Assembly: GCF_009914755.1 (NCBI RefSeq)
Contig: NC_060947.1
Strand: one strand, 5' to 3'
Origin: the human T2T-CHM13v2.0 reference genome, Homo sapiens
DNA: 64,000 nucleotides
Shown piece after piece: positions 16,400 to 30,552 of the stretch; the stretch's first letter is position 1; every line of letters starts with the position of its first letter. A program made the position numbers and the translations under genes. The notes beneath the pieces are model-generated. The model was not told the DNA's origin, made no database searches, and saw only the letters and a program-made list of their open reading frames with translations.

Positions 16400-19300
16400 C
16401 TATTCTTACATGTTTGGTTTTTCATGTGAACCTTACTATCAACTTGTCTAGCTCCAGATAAAAACTTTTTGATATTTCTATTGAGATTGTGTTAAATTTA
16501 TAAATTAATCTGTGATGTTGCATCATCCTATCCAAGAGCACTGGCTGTCTTTCCACTTGCTGTAGTCTACTTTTGTGTCTTTCGGGAGTGTTGTTTTTCT
16601 CATATAGGTTTTGTATATGTCATACTGAAATTTATTCTTAAGCATTTAACTTCTTTTTTGCTTTGTTAATGTTTTTTTTCTATTACATCCTCTGTTTTTT
16701 GCTTGTATATTTGAAGGCTACTATTTCTGTATGTAAATTTTTATCTTCCTGAATTCTTTTGTTCTTTGAGTTAATTATACCTTTATTTCTCTAGAGCTTT
16801 CCAGATAAGTATCACACTCCATCTGCAAATACTTTTACTTATTTCCCAATTCCTAAACCTCTAATTGATTCCTTAAATATAACTGCATTGCCTAATATCT
16901 TCTTTAGAACATTAAATAGTAGTGGAAATAGTAGATGATCTTGTTTTGTTTCTGATCCTTATGGAAATTCCTGTAGCATTTCTTCATTAAGAAAGATTCT
17001 GTATTCAGGAAAAATCATAAGTGCTATCAGAAATATTCTTTTTTTGTACTGTCTTTATCAGGTTTAGGTATATATATTACACTTGCTTCAGAAGAATTGT
17101 TTGGAGTTTTCTTTCACTGTCTAGGCTGTGACAGAAATGTAAGTAGCAGTGAGACAATCAGTTCTTTGACAATTCCTCTATGAAATCAACTAGGCCTTTT
17201 TGTGTTTCTCCTCTGGGAATTTATCTGTTTATGCTTTCTTTCTGTAATGGGGTCAATTTTGGTACAGTTTCCTAAGAAATTATTCATTTTTTATGGTTTG
17301 CAAATTTATTTACACAGAGATCTCTCTGCCAGATAGTCTGTCATATTTTAAATCTCTTGTATTTCAATAGTTATCTCCCCCTTGTCATTTCATATTTTGT
17401 ATATTTGTGCTATTTCTTTTTTCCCTTGGTTATGTTAGCCAGTGGTGTGTCAATTTTGTTATTTTTCCTTGAAACACTGATTTTTATTTAGTTATTTTTT
17501 TTCTATTCCCAACCTTACTACTTTTTCTTTTATGTTTATTATTTCCTTCCTTATGTTTCATTTTGGTCATTTTGTTGTGCTTATCTTAGCATTTGGAGTT
17601 TGGAATTTAATGAGTATATTTTTTGTCTTTCATTATTATTGATATAAATGCTTAAGGCTGTGAATTTTCCACTGATCTTTGCTTTAAATATATCCCATAG
17701 ATGCTAAGTAGTATTTTTATTTATTTTTTTTTTTAAAAGTTCTTTAATTTTAGCACTCACCCATTTTACTTCCTTTCAATTTGGTATCATGGTGTAGCTA
17801 TTCTAAAATGATCCTGCTCCCTAATGCCCTCAGAATAAAGCCCCAAACCTGCAGCCCTTCATGGTTTGCTTATTTCTCCAGCCATGTTCTCTCTCTGTCA
17901 TATGCTCACTCTGCCTACAGTTTCCTTTTTCCTTATACCACCTGGCCAATGTCTAGTCATTTTTGAAGATGAAGATCAAATTTAGGAATCCTTCTCTGAT
18001 AATTCTCAACCCCCAATACCATCCCAGTTAAGCATTCCTCCTGGAAACTTAATAAAATCATATACTTCCTTTTTGTAATACTTATAACATTATATTTTAA
18101 TATTTTGTTTTTCCACTAACATTGTAAGATCCTTGAAAGAAGGTATGCTTTTTTATTACTGTTCCCATGGTGTTCAGTAAATATTTGTTTAGTGTCCCTT
18201 CAGCTGTAGATTTCAAAACTACTATTTTAATGCATACATTCTGACCTGTGAGCTCTAGCATACTCTAGAGCTTCTTTGTCATAAACTTAGTTTGGTTGGT
18301 TGGTCTTAGCTTTTCAATTGAAGTGTAACATACAGAAAAGTACACAAATTACAAGTGTCCAGCTCAATCAATTTTCACAAAATGAAAACACCTATGCAAC
18401 CACAACCCAGATCAGCTCCATGAATTTTTACAAGGTGAACGCCTGTGAAACTGTACTACATATCAAGAAATAGAACCTTACCAGCCCTCCAGAAGCCTCC
18501 TTTGTGACTCCTCTCAATTGTTATGCCCTTGTTTTTTTCCCAAAGGTAACCATTATCCTAATCTCTAACAACACAGATTAATTTTGTCTGTTTTTGAATT
18601 TTATATAAATGGGAAAATACGGTAAGTACAACTTTGTGTATGGCTTCTTTCACTCTGTTATGGTAGTTCTTTTTTATTGCTGTGTAATATTTCATTGTTG
18701 GAAATTACCACAATTTACTTATATGTTCTATTGTTAGGCATTTGGGTTGTTTCCAATTTGGGGCTCTTATGAATAAAGCTGCTATGAAAATAATCCTTAC
18801 ATAAGCCTCTTTTTGCCCATGTGAATGCATATCTTTTCAGTATGTACACAGAAGTGGAATTGCTGGGTTATCACTTTAGTAGAATAGTTTCCAAATTCAC
18901 ATCCTTGCCAACAGTGTATGAAGGTTTTCACAGCTTAACAGCTTCACTGACAATTAGTATTTTCTGACTTTTTCATTTTTTGCAGTTCTGGTGAGTGTGC
19001 AGTAGTATCTTATTGTGGTTTTAATTTGGATTTCCCCAGTGACTAATTAGGTTGAACACCTTTTCAAATGTTTATAGGCTTTTTGGATATCCCCTCATGT
19101 ATAAGTCATATTCATTTTTCTTTAACTTTCTTAGTACTTCAAAAGAATTCCAGTATGTTCTGGATACAAGCTGTCAGCTATACCTATTCCAAGTATCTAC
19201 TCTCTCACCCTGACCTGGTTTTCACTATCTTAATGGTATCATTTGATGAGCCTAAGTTGTTTATTTAATATAATAGTCCAAATTATCTTTTTATCTTTTC

Positions 19301-21160
19301 GATCTAGTGCTTTTTAGTGTCCTACACTATTTAAGACATCTTTCCCTATCTGGAAGAGATGCTTTATTATTTCACCATTCGTGCTTAAATCTACAATCTA
19401 CTTAGTGTTAACTTTAGGATATGATGTGGGATGTGAGTTGACATTCCCTTTTTCCCACGTGTGTATCCAATTGACCTGGCACCATTTATTGCTGCCTTGC
19501 CACTTTGCCTTAAATCAGTCGTCCCTATATATATGATTATGTTTCTGGACTCTAGGCGAATTCTGTTTTGTCTATGTGTCTATCCTTGTGTCAGTAACAC
19601 ACTTAGTTGCTGTAGCTTTATAATAAGTCTTGATGATATGCGGTAACATTAGTTCTCCCCTTTGTTGTTATTCTTCAAGACTGTCTTGGCTATTCTTCGC
19701 CCTTTGTAGCCCCATATAAATTTTAAAATCGGTTTGTTGATTTCCACAAGAAAACTTGCTGAAACATGTCAGCTGAAATTTGACTGGGATAGAATTGAAT
19801 CCATTCATCAATTTGATGTATCCCTCCATTTATTTAGATTTTAATTTCTCTATCTTTTGTATTTTTCTGTGAAACATCTGAAAAGATTGCACACATCTTT
19901 CATTTAAATTATTCTTGGGAATTTGGTGTTTTATGTTATTGTAATTGGTATCTTTTCATAATTTTCCAGTTGGTACCGGTTATTTAGATAGCAAATTGAT
20001 ATATGTATATTGGCTTTATATCCAGCAGCCTTATGGATATAAATGTACTTATTAATCCTAATGATTTATCTGCAGATTTTATTTCCTTGGGATTTTCTAT
20101 GTAAACAGTCATGTCTTCCATAAACAAGGGCAATTTAATTTCACCCTTTCCAATCTTTACACCTTTTTATTTCTCTTTCATGCCTTATTATACTGTCTCA
20201 GTCTTCCAGTAAAATTTATGAATAAAATGTAAAAGAGAATGCTTTAAAATTTCCCAATTATCTCTGGTGTTTAATTTAGCTTTTCTGTAGTTAGCCTCTA
20301 TCATATTAAGGAAGTTCCCTTGTATTTCTAGTATTCTAAGCCTCTTTTTTATGATTGAATGTTGAATTTTATCAAATGCTCCTTCTGCATTTATTAAGAT
20401 AATCATATGATTATTTGCCTTAATGTGGTAAGTCGCATGAACTGATTTCTGAATCTTAACCCAGCTTTGCATTCCTTAGTCACTGTATATTATCTCTTTA
20501 GTGTATTCACTAGGCTAATCTTTTTAGGAATTATATATCTTTTTCATAAATAAGATTGATCCATAATTTTCTTTTCTTTAAACACCTTTGCTAGATTTTG
20601 ATATCATGGTTTTGCTGGCTGCATAGTACAAAGTAGAAAATGTTCCCATATCTCGATTTTCTGAAATGGTTTGTGTAAGTTTGGGTTTTTTCTTTAAATG
20701 TTTGATAGAATGTAACAGATTAGCAATGTCAGTGTGGAGTTTTCTTTGTGTAAAGTTTTAAATTATAGGTTCAGTTTCTTTAAAATATGTAGGATTATTC
20801 TGATTTTCTGTATCGTTTTAGTTTTGGCAAGTTGTGCTTTTCTAGGAATTTATCCTAGAACTTTAGTTTACATTGTTCACAATATCTTCTTATTATTCTT
20901 TTAAAGTTTGTAGGATCCGAAGTGATTTCTCTTTTTTCATTCCTTACATTAGTAATTTTTGTGTTCTCTGTTTTTACCTTGATCAGTCTTGGTGGGGGTT
21001 TATTAATGATATCAGTCTTTTCAAAAGAGCCATAAATGTCCCTTTAAGCACTGCTTTGGGTACATCCATAATTTTTATTTACTATCCTTCAGTTCAAAGT
21101 ATTTCCCTTGTGATATTATTACCCTTGTGATTTACTTTGATGTAGGTGTTATTTAGAAAT
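16400..21160 (-). mobile_element. Old L1M/L1ME antisense fragments
   Basis: ORF 20188..20472 (-) contains NHMIILINAEGAFDKIQH, an L1 RT remnant. Confidence 0.75.
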
Positions 21161-21809
21161 ATTTCATAAGATGAAATCAACACATGCTGCCCCTATATCT
21201 CACTGAACTCAACTATATACTCTGGAAAGAATGCCAAGCCTAGCTATTTGTGAACTCTGGAATGTAAATAACAGGCAGATTGGAGAAGGGCCCCAAAACT
21301 CAAAATACCACAGAAGTGGGGATATAAACAAGATCCAAAGTCTCATAACTTAATATCCAAAATAACCAGGACATAAACCAAAGTTATTTAACATATTAAG
21401 AACCACAGAAATCTCATCTTGTATGGGAGAAGATAATCAACAGATACAAAAGGCAAGATGACACTTATGTTGGAAATATCTGACAAGACTTTAAAAGCTG
21501 CCATTATGAAAATGCTCAAGCTATCAGTCACAAAAATGTTGCAACAAATATTTAAAAAGAAAAAGTATCATATAAGAAATAGAAGATAAAAAGAAGCAAA
21601 TGTAAATTTTACAACTGAAAAATATAACAACCAAAAATTTTAAACTCTAGATTAAAAGTGAGAATGCAGTGGAAATGCCAGAGGAAAGAGTCAGTAAACT
21701 TGAAGATAGATTAATAGAATTATCCAAGCTGGATAACAGACAGAAAAGACTGGGAAAAAAGGGACAGAGTTTCAGAGAACTGTAGAAAAACCACAAAAGG
21801 TAGCAAAGG

Positions 21810-23517
21810 ATAGACATATAAATCAGTGGAATAGAATTGTGAGTCCATAAGTCAACCTGTACATTTCTGGTCAATTGATCTTCAACAACTGTGCCATGAT
21901 AATTCAACAGGGAAATAAGAGGCAATTCAACAAATGGTGCTGGGACAGCTGGATATCCACATGCAAAAAGAATAATGCTGGACCACTATCTTCACCCAAT
22001 ATACAAAAATTAAAATGGATCAAAGATCTAAATAGAAGAGCTAAAACAATACAACTTTAGAAGAAAACATAGGGGTACATCTTCATGACCTTCAATTTGG
22101 CACTAATTTCTTAAATATGACATCAAATGCACAAGGGAGAAAGGAAAAACAGATAAATTGGATTTGATAAAAATTAAAAACTTTTGTGCATCACAGCACA
22201 TTATCAAGAAGGTGAAAATAACCTACAGAATCAGAAAAAATAGTGGCAAATTACAAAAAGCAGTCTCCCCTTATCTTTGGGGAATATGTTCCAAGAACCC
22301 CAGTGGAGGCCTGAAACCACAGATAGTACTGACCCCTATTACACCATGTTTTCTTATACACGCACACCTGTGATAAAGTTTAGTTTATAAATTAGGCACA
22401 GTATGAGATTAACAACAACAATAGTAAAATAGAACAATTATAACAATATATTGTTCACAATTTCAAAGATAGAAGATTTGTTCTTACTATAGGCCTTAGC
22501 AGCATTAGCATATGATATGTTCTCGTTTTTTAAAATTAAGTTGGATACTTTTCATCATTTCACTTAAATGAAGCACTTTAGGGCTTCTCTTTGGCATAGC
22601 AGAACTGCCAACATTGCTGCTCCTATGTTCTGGGGCCATTATTAAGTAAAATAAGGGTTATTTGAACATTAGAACTGCAATACCGTGACAGTCAATCTGA
22701 TGGTTACCAAGTGACTAATGGGCAGGTATCATATACAGTATGGATCAGATGGACAAAGGGTTGATTCATATCCTGGGCAGGTTAGAGCAGGATGGCGTAA
22801 GATTTCATCATGCTACTCAGAAAGGTCTGCAACTTAAAGCTTATGAATTGTTTATTTCTAGAATTTTTCATCTAACATTTTTGGACCGTGGTTGACCACA
22901 GGTAACTGAAACCATGGAAAGTAAAACCAAGGATAAGAGAGGACTACATATTTGATAATGGTATAGCATCCAGAATAGGTAAAGAATTCTTACAACTCAA
23001 AAATAAAAGGACATACACTTCAATTTAAAAATAAGCATTCAACACAGGACTGGAATTCCTAGCCAAAACAATTAAGCAAGAACAAGAAATAAAAGGCATC
23101 CACATTGGAAAGGAAGATGTAAGTTTATCTCTCTGTTCACACATGAAATATATGTGGAAACCTCACAAAACTGTTAGAACTAATAAGCAAAAAGAAAGTT
23201 GCAGGATACAAAAATCAACAAACCAAAATCTATTTTATTTCCGTATACTAACAATGAATAATCAGAAAAGGAAATTTAGAAAATCTCATTTACAATAATA
23301 TCAAAAAGAATAAAATAATTAGGCATAAACTTAACCAAGGAGGTGAAAGACTTATATATTCAAAACTACAAAATGTTGCTGGAAGAAGTTACAGACACAA
23401 ATAAATGGAAAGACATCTCATGTTCATGGATTGGATAAATTAATATTGTTAAGATATCATACTACTCAAAGTGATCTGTAGATTTAATGCAATCACTGTA
23501 AACATCCCAATGGCTTG

Positions 23518-23548
<31 letters not shown>

Positions 23549-24995
23549 TGATGGAGTCTCACTCTGTCACCCAGGCTGGCCATTTTAAGTTGATACGGAA
23601 TCTCGGGGGACCTTGAATAGCCAAAACAAGTTCGAAAAAGAACCAATTTGGGCAATTCACACTGCCTGGTTTCAAAAGTAACTACAAAGCTACAGTCATC
23701 AAAACAGTGTGGTATCAATGAAACAGAATGGTCAGCCCAGATTTAAACCCTTGCATATGGTCAAGCAAACTTCAACAAGGATACCAACACCACTAAATGG
23801 GAAAAAGACAGTCTCTTTAATAAATGATACTGGGAAAACTGAATATTCACATGCAAAAGAAAGAAGCTGGACCCTTATCTTACACCGTATATAAAACTTA
23901 AATGAATTAAAGACCAAAATATAAGACCCCGAACTACAAAACTAGCAGAAAACATAGGGAAAAAGCTTCATGACATTGGATTTGACAATAATTTCTTGAA
24001 TATGACACCAAAAGCACAGCTAACAAAAGCAAAATAGACAAATGAGACTACATCCAGCTTTAAAACTTATGTGCACGAAAGGAAGCAATGAACTGAGTGA
24101 AAAGGCAACCTATGGAATGGGAGAAAATATTTGCAAATCATATATTTAATAAGGGGTCAATATCCAGAATATATAAAGAACTCCTACACTCAACAACAAA
24201 AAAATCTGATTTTAAAATGGGCAAAGGACTTAAAGTGATATTTCTCTTGGTCAACAAGCATATGAAAGAGTGTTCAATATCACTAATTGTCAGAGAAATG
24301 CAAATCAAAACCACAATGAGATACCACCTCACACCCATTATGACAGCTACTATCTAACAAAATCAGAAAATAACAAGTGTTGGTGGGAATATGGAGGAGT
24401 TGGAGCCCTTGTACATTATTGTTGAGATTGTAGAGTGGTGCAATAAGCCTGTAGTTTCTTTAAAAACCTAAAAATAGATCTACTATATGATCTACCAGTC
24501 TCACTTCTTGGGTGTATATCCAAAAGAATTAAAAGCAAGATCTCAAATAGGTATTTACATACCTATGTTCACAGCATTATTCACAATAGTCTAGAAGTAA
24601 AAGCATCCCACATGTCCATTGATGGATAAATGGACCAACAAAATGCAACGTAACATATAATGGAATACTATACAACCTTAAAAATAAAGGAAAACCTGTT
24701 ACAACCTACAGCATGAAAGAACCCTGAGAATATTATGCTAAGTGAAATAAGCTATTCACAAAAGGACAGATGCAGCATTTTTCTATTTATATAAGGTATC
24801 TAATGATCATAGATATACAAAGTAGAATGGTGGTCACCAGGGGCCGGGAGAAGGGAGAAAGGGGAGTTTCAGTTCTGCAAGGTGAGAATGTTTTGAAGAT
24901 CTGTTTCATAACAATGTTAATATACTTACATTACTGAACTGTACACTTAAAATGGTTGATAGTAAATTTTATTTTTTTAACCACAATTAAAAAAA
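21810..24995 (+). mobile_element. L1MA/MB ORF2 and 3'UTR fragments with a nested Tigger2/MER28-like element (about 22261-22948)
   Basis: FNKWCWDSWISTCKK and MKRQPMEWEKIFANH; A-tail near 24990; Tigger-like TIRs cagtctccccttatc / gataagagaggacta. Confidence 0.8.
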
Positions 24996-26459
24996 AAAAC
25001 CCAAATGGACATTGTAAAAGTGGAAAATACCTAAAATTAAGAAATCACCAGAGGGACTAGCAGGAGACTCAGGTATAGCAGAAGGGATCAGTGACAAAGA
25101 CAGGTTGATAAAATATACCCTAAATGAAGCAAAGAGTTAAAAAAAAAAAGAGAATGAAATAGAAGAATGGCATGTGACAGAACTGTGAGGCAGTGTGAAC
25201 CATTTTAATTTACATGTAATTGGAGCACCAGAAGTAGACAAAGAATGCCTAAAGAGATAATGGCTAAGAATTCTCTAAAAACTGATTCATACCCATAGAT
25301 GCATGAATCTCAGCCAATCACAAGCAATATGAACATAAGCAAACTAAAATAGGCACATTATAGCAGCTAAAGGAATAAAAGATATATTACAAATAGTGGA
25401 GAAATACAATGATAAGAACGATGGCTGACTTCTCATCAGAACCCTGGGAGGCTGGAAGATGATGGGGTGACATCTTTAATGTGCATGAAGAAAAAAGCTA
25501 TCAACCCCAGAATTTTATATTAAGACAAACCAGACATTTTTATGGAAAAAAGCAGGCAGAATTAATCTGGAGAATTCACTACAAGAAATATTAAAAGTTC
25601 TTCAGACTGAAAATATATGATTTTAGATGGAAGCACACCCTGACTACTTGGGTGTGGGGAGGGGAGGGCTTGTAATGCCCCACCATTTGTGTTCCATCTA
25701 GGTTGTGGTATGGGGACTAGACATGTTCTGCTGGGATGGGGAAGCTAGATCTTAAGCTGCCTTACCACCATGTGCCAGTGGGGCCTCACAGTGCCAGGGG
25801 CCTTCAACCTGAATTCTCCACTGAACCTGCTGGTAGGTAGAGTTTAGGTGTATTTGGGGTGAGAAGTGGGTAGAGGTAGATTGGTTGGGCCTTAGTAACA
25901 AACATTTCTGTTTCTCCCACTCTAGCATGAGCATGTGAATATTTGTGAATTTCTTACCTATTTCCCCCCAGGGGAGAAAATGGGAAGTGAGGGCCACTGG
26001 TAAACACTGAGTTAGAACAAGTGAGTAATCCCACCTACATAATGAATGTGATGGAGTCATTGAAGAGTCTGTAGTTCCTCTTCTCCAGACTTTTGTGATT
26101 AATTTGTTCAACCTCACTGGCAACTTCTTGACTGAAGACAGTATTAATTAGCTATTTCCCCTGACTGGGGAGCAGACGTAAGGACCTTGAGCTCTCAAGG
26201 CTTCTCTTAAATTTACAGAAGTGGTCTTAGATTCTCTATGGAACTAGGGAATACTGGCTCTGCAGACGGGCTTTTAGTTTGCTCTCCAGACGAACCCAGT
26301 TTGAACTCTATCCACTTTGAAGTTGCATCACTAAATGAATTACAGCAATGCTTAATCTTTAAAGTATGCCATATCCCAAACTTCCAATTAAAACTGTAGA
26401 GAACTTCTGATTATAACAACTCAGGGTTTAAAAACTGACCTGAACTGATTGCCTCACAG

Positions 26460-26591
26460 GTATGAGAGAATCGAAATCCCAATCCATATTGTACCTCATG
26501 TCACTATCGGGAAAGTGTGCCTTGAATCAGCAGTAGAGCTGCCCAAGATCCTGTGCCAGGAGGAGCAGGATGCGTATAGGAGGATCCACAG
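26460..26591 (+). CDS. BRCC3: BRCC3 coding exon (132 nt), YERIEIPIHIVPHVTIGKVCLESAVELPKILCQEEQDAYRRIH(S)
   Basis: cctcacAG|G acceptor, AG|GTAGAG donor; open frame, phase-compatible with both upstream exons. Confidence 0.95.
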
Positions 26592-27113
26592 GTAGAGACC
26601 CTCTTCACTCCTCTTCTCTACTTCTCAGGACCTAGTCTCTCTTTTCTTCTTCTGTCCTTTTCTCTTTAGCAGCTCAACTCTTGAGGCCCCTTCTTTTTGC
26701 CTCTCTGGGAAGCTTTCTAGCAGTCTCCAATCATAATGTTTCTCACGTTGTATGATAATTTCTTCAACATTTGTTTTTCTCCTGCTACTTTGGATCTTTC
26801 AAGGGCAAGGATGCTTTCTTTTTTGGTTGAGAAAAGAGGATAATCCACAACATCTTAATCCTGTTGCCAAGCACTAGGTCTTGCCCAATAAATTTGTACT
26901 AAGTCAGAGCTTTGGTGAGAGACAGCAATTTCAAAATTATCACTTTGAATTATCTTTGAATAAAATCACATCCCCCAAATCATCAAGAAGTTGATATTGG
27001 GGATTTAAATACTACATATTCATCTAATACAGTTGGCAACGGTATAGTCCATGACCATTTTGCTTTCCCTTCAGTGCTGCTTTGCCACTAACCTAAACTA
27101 TTTTATTCTTTAG

Positions 27114-27157
27114 CCTTACACATCTGGACTCAGTAACCAAGATCCATAATGGCTCAG
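27114..27157 (+). CDS. BRCC3: BRCC3 coding exon (44 nt), LTHLDSVTKIHNGS
   Basis: ttctttAG|C acceptor, CAG|GTAAGA donor; the frame continues from the previous exon. Confidence 0.95.
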
Positions 27158-27407
27158 GTAAGAATTGTTTCTTGAGTACTCAGCATTTTTTCTGACTATT
27201 TCCCTGAAACACTCAGCTGACAGATGCAAATTTAGTTTAAGTGAGTGAAGTGATGGGTACAAGTTGTCTTCAGGCTTCCTTTCCCAAGGGTTTTCCTGAT
27301 CCTGAGCCCAACATTTCTTGTAAACTCTGGGGATCCATGAATACTATAAATACAGCCTAGAGTAAGACAGGAGGAAAGACAGGAAAGAGCTTTATGATAG
27401 ACCTACT

Positions 27408-27615
27408 CAGTGATATACTGGCACACATTTAACAACCAGATCTCAAGGAGCAGGGAGGACCCTGATTTGTCGTGTTTGACGGTTTCCATGGTGTAATGCC
27501 CCTGGCATGGCTGGTTTCAAGCAACTAACATGTCATCAACTAGCTTATAAACTTCTTGGAATTTTAATAGTTGGCTTTTGTGAGCTGGCATGAATTGGTT
27601 CCAGCATAACACTAC
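27408..27615. mobile_element. hAT-Tip100 (Arthur1-like) fossil
   Basis: Inverted termini cagtgatatactgg...ccagcataacact. Confidence 0.55.
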
Positions 27616-28892
27616 CAGCCTGTCGTGGTGGGAACTGAAAGAGATGGATGGATACACAGATAGAGAGATAAAAGGGAAGGCATGAGGGAGAAAATCTTTT
27701 GATGTCAATAAATATAAAAGTAATTTTTGTACAAGGCAAAGGAACAAAAAGCTGAATACAATATATATACTAATTCACTTGTCCCTAACATACACATTGC
27801 CCCAGCCACACTTTCTGTCTGAGTAACCCTGACTTCTGGGTCATTCTGTGCACTCTTCCCCAGTTACTTCCAAAGTCACCAGTGAGGAAGAAGGGGAGGC
27901 TTTTGAGTGTTATAGGCGTTTACTTTTCAAAGAAAAGGGAGAAATGGCTTGGTCTATCTGTCCCATAATTTCGGTCTCAGGATAAAACATGACAGAGTTA
28001 AAAGTTGGTAATATATGATATATAACCATATTCTAAAGCCACAGTAATTTAAAAAGTATAAATAATAGCTCAAAATAAACAAATAGATCAGTGGAACTGA
28101 ACAGAGTCCAGAGATAGGCCTATGTATATATAAGAATTTATATTTAGCAAAGATATTACTTTAAATAAATGAAAAAAGCATGAATTATTTACTAAATAGG
28201 ATTGGGACAGTTCATTTCTTTCTTTGTTCATTCAGGAAACATTTGAGTGCTATTCCAGGCACTAAGGTACAGTGCTGAACAAAAGAGACAGTTTTAACCT
28301 TCATGGAGTTAACATTCTTTTATTTCCATTTGGGGGGAAATAGATTCCTACCTAATACCCTACACAAAAAATAAATTCCAGATATATTTAAACTTTTACT
28401 ATTGTGGTACAACCACTTTAGAAAAGAGGTTGGCAATTATACTTGCCAAATGTCATACCAGTTCCTTTCCTAGGTATATACGTCAAAGAATTGAAAACAG
28501 CTGCTCAAACAAAAACTTGTACACAAATGTTTACAGCAGCATTATTCACAATAGCCAAAAGGTAGAAACAACACAAATGTGTATCAGTGGGTGAATGGAT
28601 AAACTCTGATATATCCATATAATGGAGTACAACTCAACAATAAAAAGAACAAACTACTGAAACATGAACAAAAAGGACACGTCTCAAGAACATTATGCCA
28701 GGTGAAGGAAGCATCACACAAAGGCTACATACTCCATGGTTCCAAATTCAAGAATAAGCAAAACTAATCTATGGTGTGGTAGCTGCCTGGGCCCAGGGGT
28801 GAAGGGGCATTTGATGCAAAGGGAACTGCGGAGGGGATTGTTTGAGGGTGGTGGAAATGGTATGTATCTTGACTAGCACTGGTTACATAGGA

Positions 28893-29270
28893 TGTCTTAG
28901 TTCATTTTGTGTTGTTATGAAGGAATACCTGAGGCTGGGTAATTTATAAAGAAAAGAGGCTTACTTGGCTTTACAGTTTTGCAGACTGAACAAGAAGCAT
29001 GGTGCTGGCACCTGCATTTGGTGAGGGCTTCAGGCTGCTTCCACTTGTGACAGAAGGCAAAGGGGAGCTTGTGTATGCAGACATCATGTGGCAACAGAGG
29101 AAACGAGAATGGTGGAGGGACCAGGCTCTTTTTAACAGCCAGTTCTTGTGGGAACTAACAGAGGAAGAACTCACCCCATGACCCAAACACCTCACATGAG
29201 GCCCTACCTCCAACATTGGGGGTCACATTTTAACATGAGGTTTGGAGGGCCAAATATCCAAATTATAACA
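28893..29270 (-). mobile_element. MST-family MaLR solo LTR
   Basis: tgtcttagttcattttgtgttgttatgaaggaatacctgaggctgggtaatttataaagaaaagagg. Confidence 0.85.
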
Positions 29271-30400
29271 TGGGGTATACATTTGTCAAAACTCATAGAA
29301 CTGTATACTTTAAATTGGTTCATTTTACTGTCTGTAAATTACACCCCCAAAAGCTCATTTTATAAGTTAAAGAAATACAGGAGGAAAAATATAAGAATTT
29401 TTTTCAGACTCTAGGAAGGTGATAGCCTAAGAATAATGTGAAACCCTGAATTCACAAAAGGAAAGATTGACTAAATAAAAATTAAAGACTTTTATGGCCC
29501 CCTACAAAAATAAAAATGTTAATTATTATCTTTAAAAGAAGTATAGATTAAGATAAGATTATCAGCTTTTCACCTTTTCAAAGATTAAATTGAGAGACAA
29601 TTAGGTGAGGATGTGAGGGAAGTGAACAGTCTCACTGTTTCTGGAGATATAATTTGGTACAATCTGGAAAATACTGGATAATTAGTTTTAAAGTGTACAT
29701 GTACTTAGATTTTAAAGTCTTTAAAATAGCAAAAAACTGGACAGTGGTCATTTAAGTAACAGTCACATATTATGAGAGAGAAAAAGATACTTACATTAGA
29801 TGGAATTTGTTTTAAAAGAGTACCTTAGAATCTTTGTCTCACCATGAAGCTGAACAGTCACAGTAAAGCATAAAAGATGGTAACTCCCTTACTCTTCATC
29901 CCTCTGTTCTTCATTTCAAAAGAGGAGCTCTCAGGTGTATTCAATTAATGTATATTTCTGCAATATACATAACAGTTTATATACCTACAGGGCGCTCTGG
30001 AAACGTAAGTTGCAGAAGGCAGACTTCTGGCCCATTAGGAGGTTATGGTGGTTTACAGCAAGGGAAGGTCTGAGAGGCTGGGGAAAGGAACCCTTTCGTG
30101 GCTCTTAGCCCTTTTGCCTAAGGGAGTAAAGAGCTGGCCCTCTTTCTGCCAGGCTTCCCTCTGGCTTATGGATTCAAGATGGCCTCAGAATGGGTATTTT
30201 CTATGCTCAGCTCTTCTGTTTTTCCCCTGGCTGGGCACAGAAAATAGTTTACCAGTCCTACTTATTACACTTTTTCTACTTCCTTCTCCAACCCCTTCTT
30301 TCTGTGCTCATGGTTGGGGGTCTGTTGGTGATAGAGTGGAAACATGCTAGTGGATGGTGCTTTTCCACAATTATTCTCATCTTTATTTTTCCTATTGAAG

Positions 30401-30552
30401 TGTTTACCAAGAATCTGTGCAGTCAGATGTCGGCAGTCAGCGGGCCTCTCCTACAGTGGTTGGAGGACAGACTGGAGCAAAACCAACAGCATTTGCAGGA
30501 ATTACAACAAGAAAAGGAAGAGCTTATGCAAGAACTTTCTTCTCTAGAATAA
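30401..30552 (+). CDS. BRCC3: BRCC3 last coding exon, VFTKNLCSQMSAVSGPLLQWLEDRLEQNQQHLQELQQEKEELMQELSSLE* (coiled-coil C-terminus); exon continues to 30570
   Basis: attgaAG|TG acceptor, TAA at 30550-30552, GGG|GTAAAA donor at 30571. Same frame as ORF 30190..30552. Confidence 0.96.

Noticed and set aside
25752-26123. 123-aa minus-strand ORF in non-repeat intron sequence
   Set aside because: It has a non-ATG start, no recognisable domain and no splice support.
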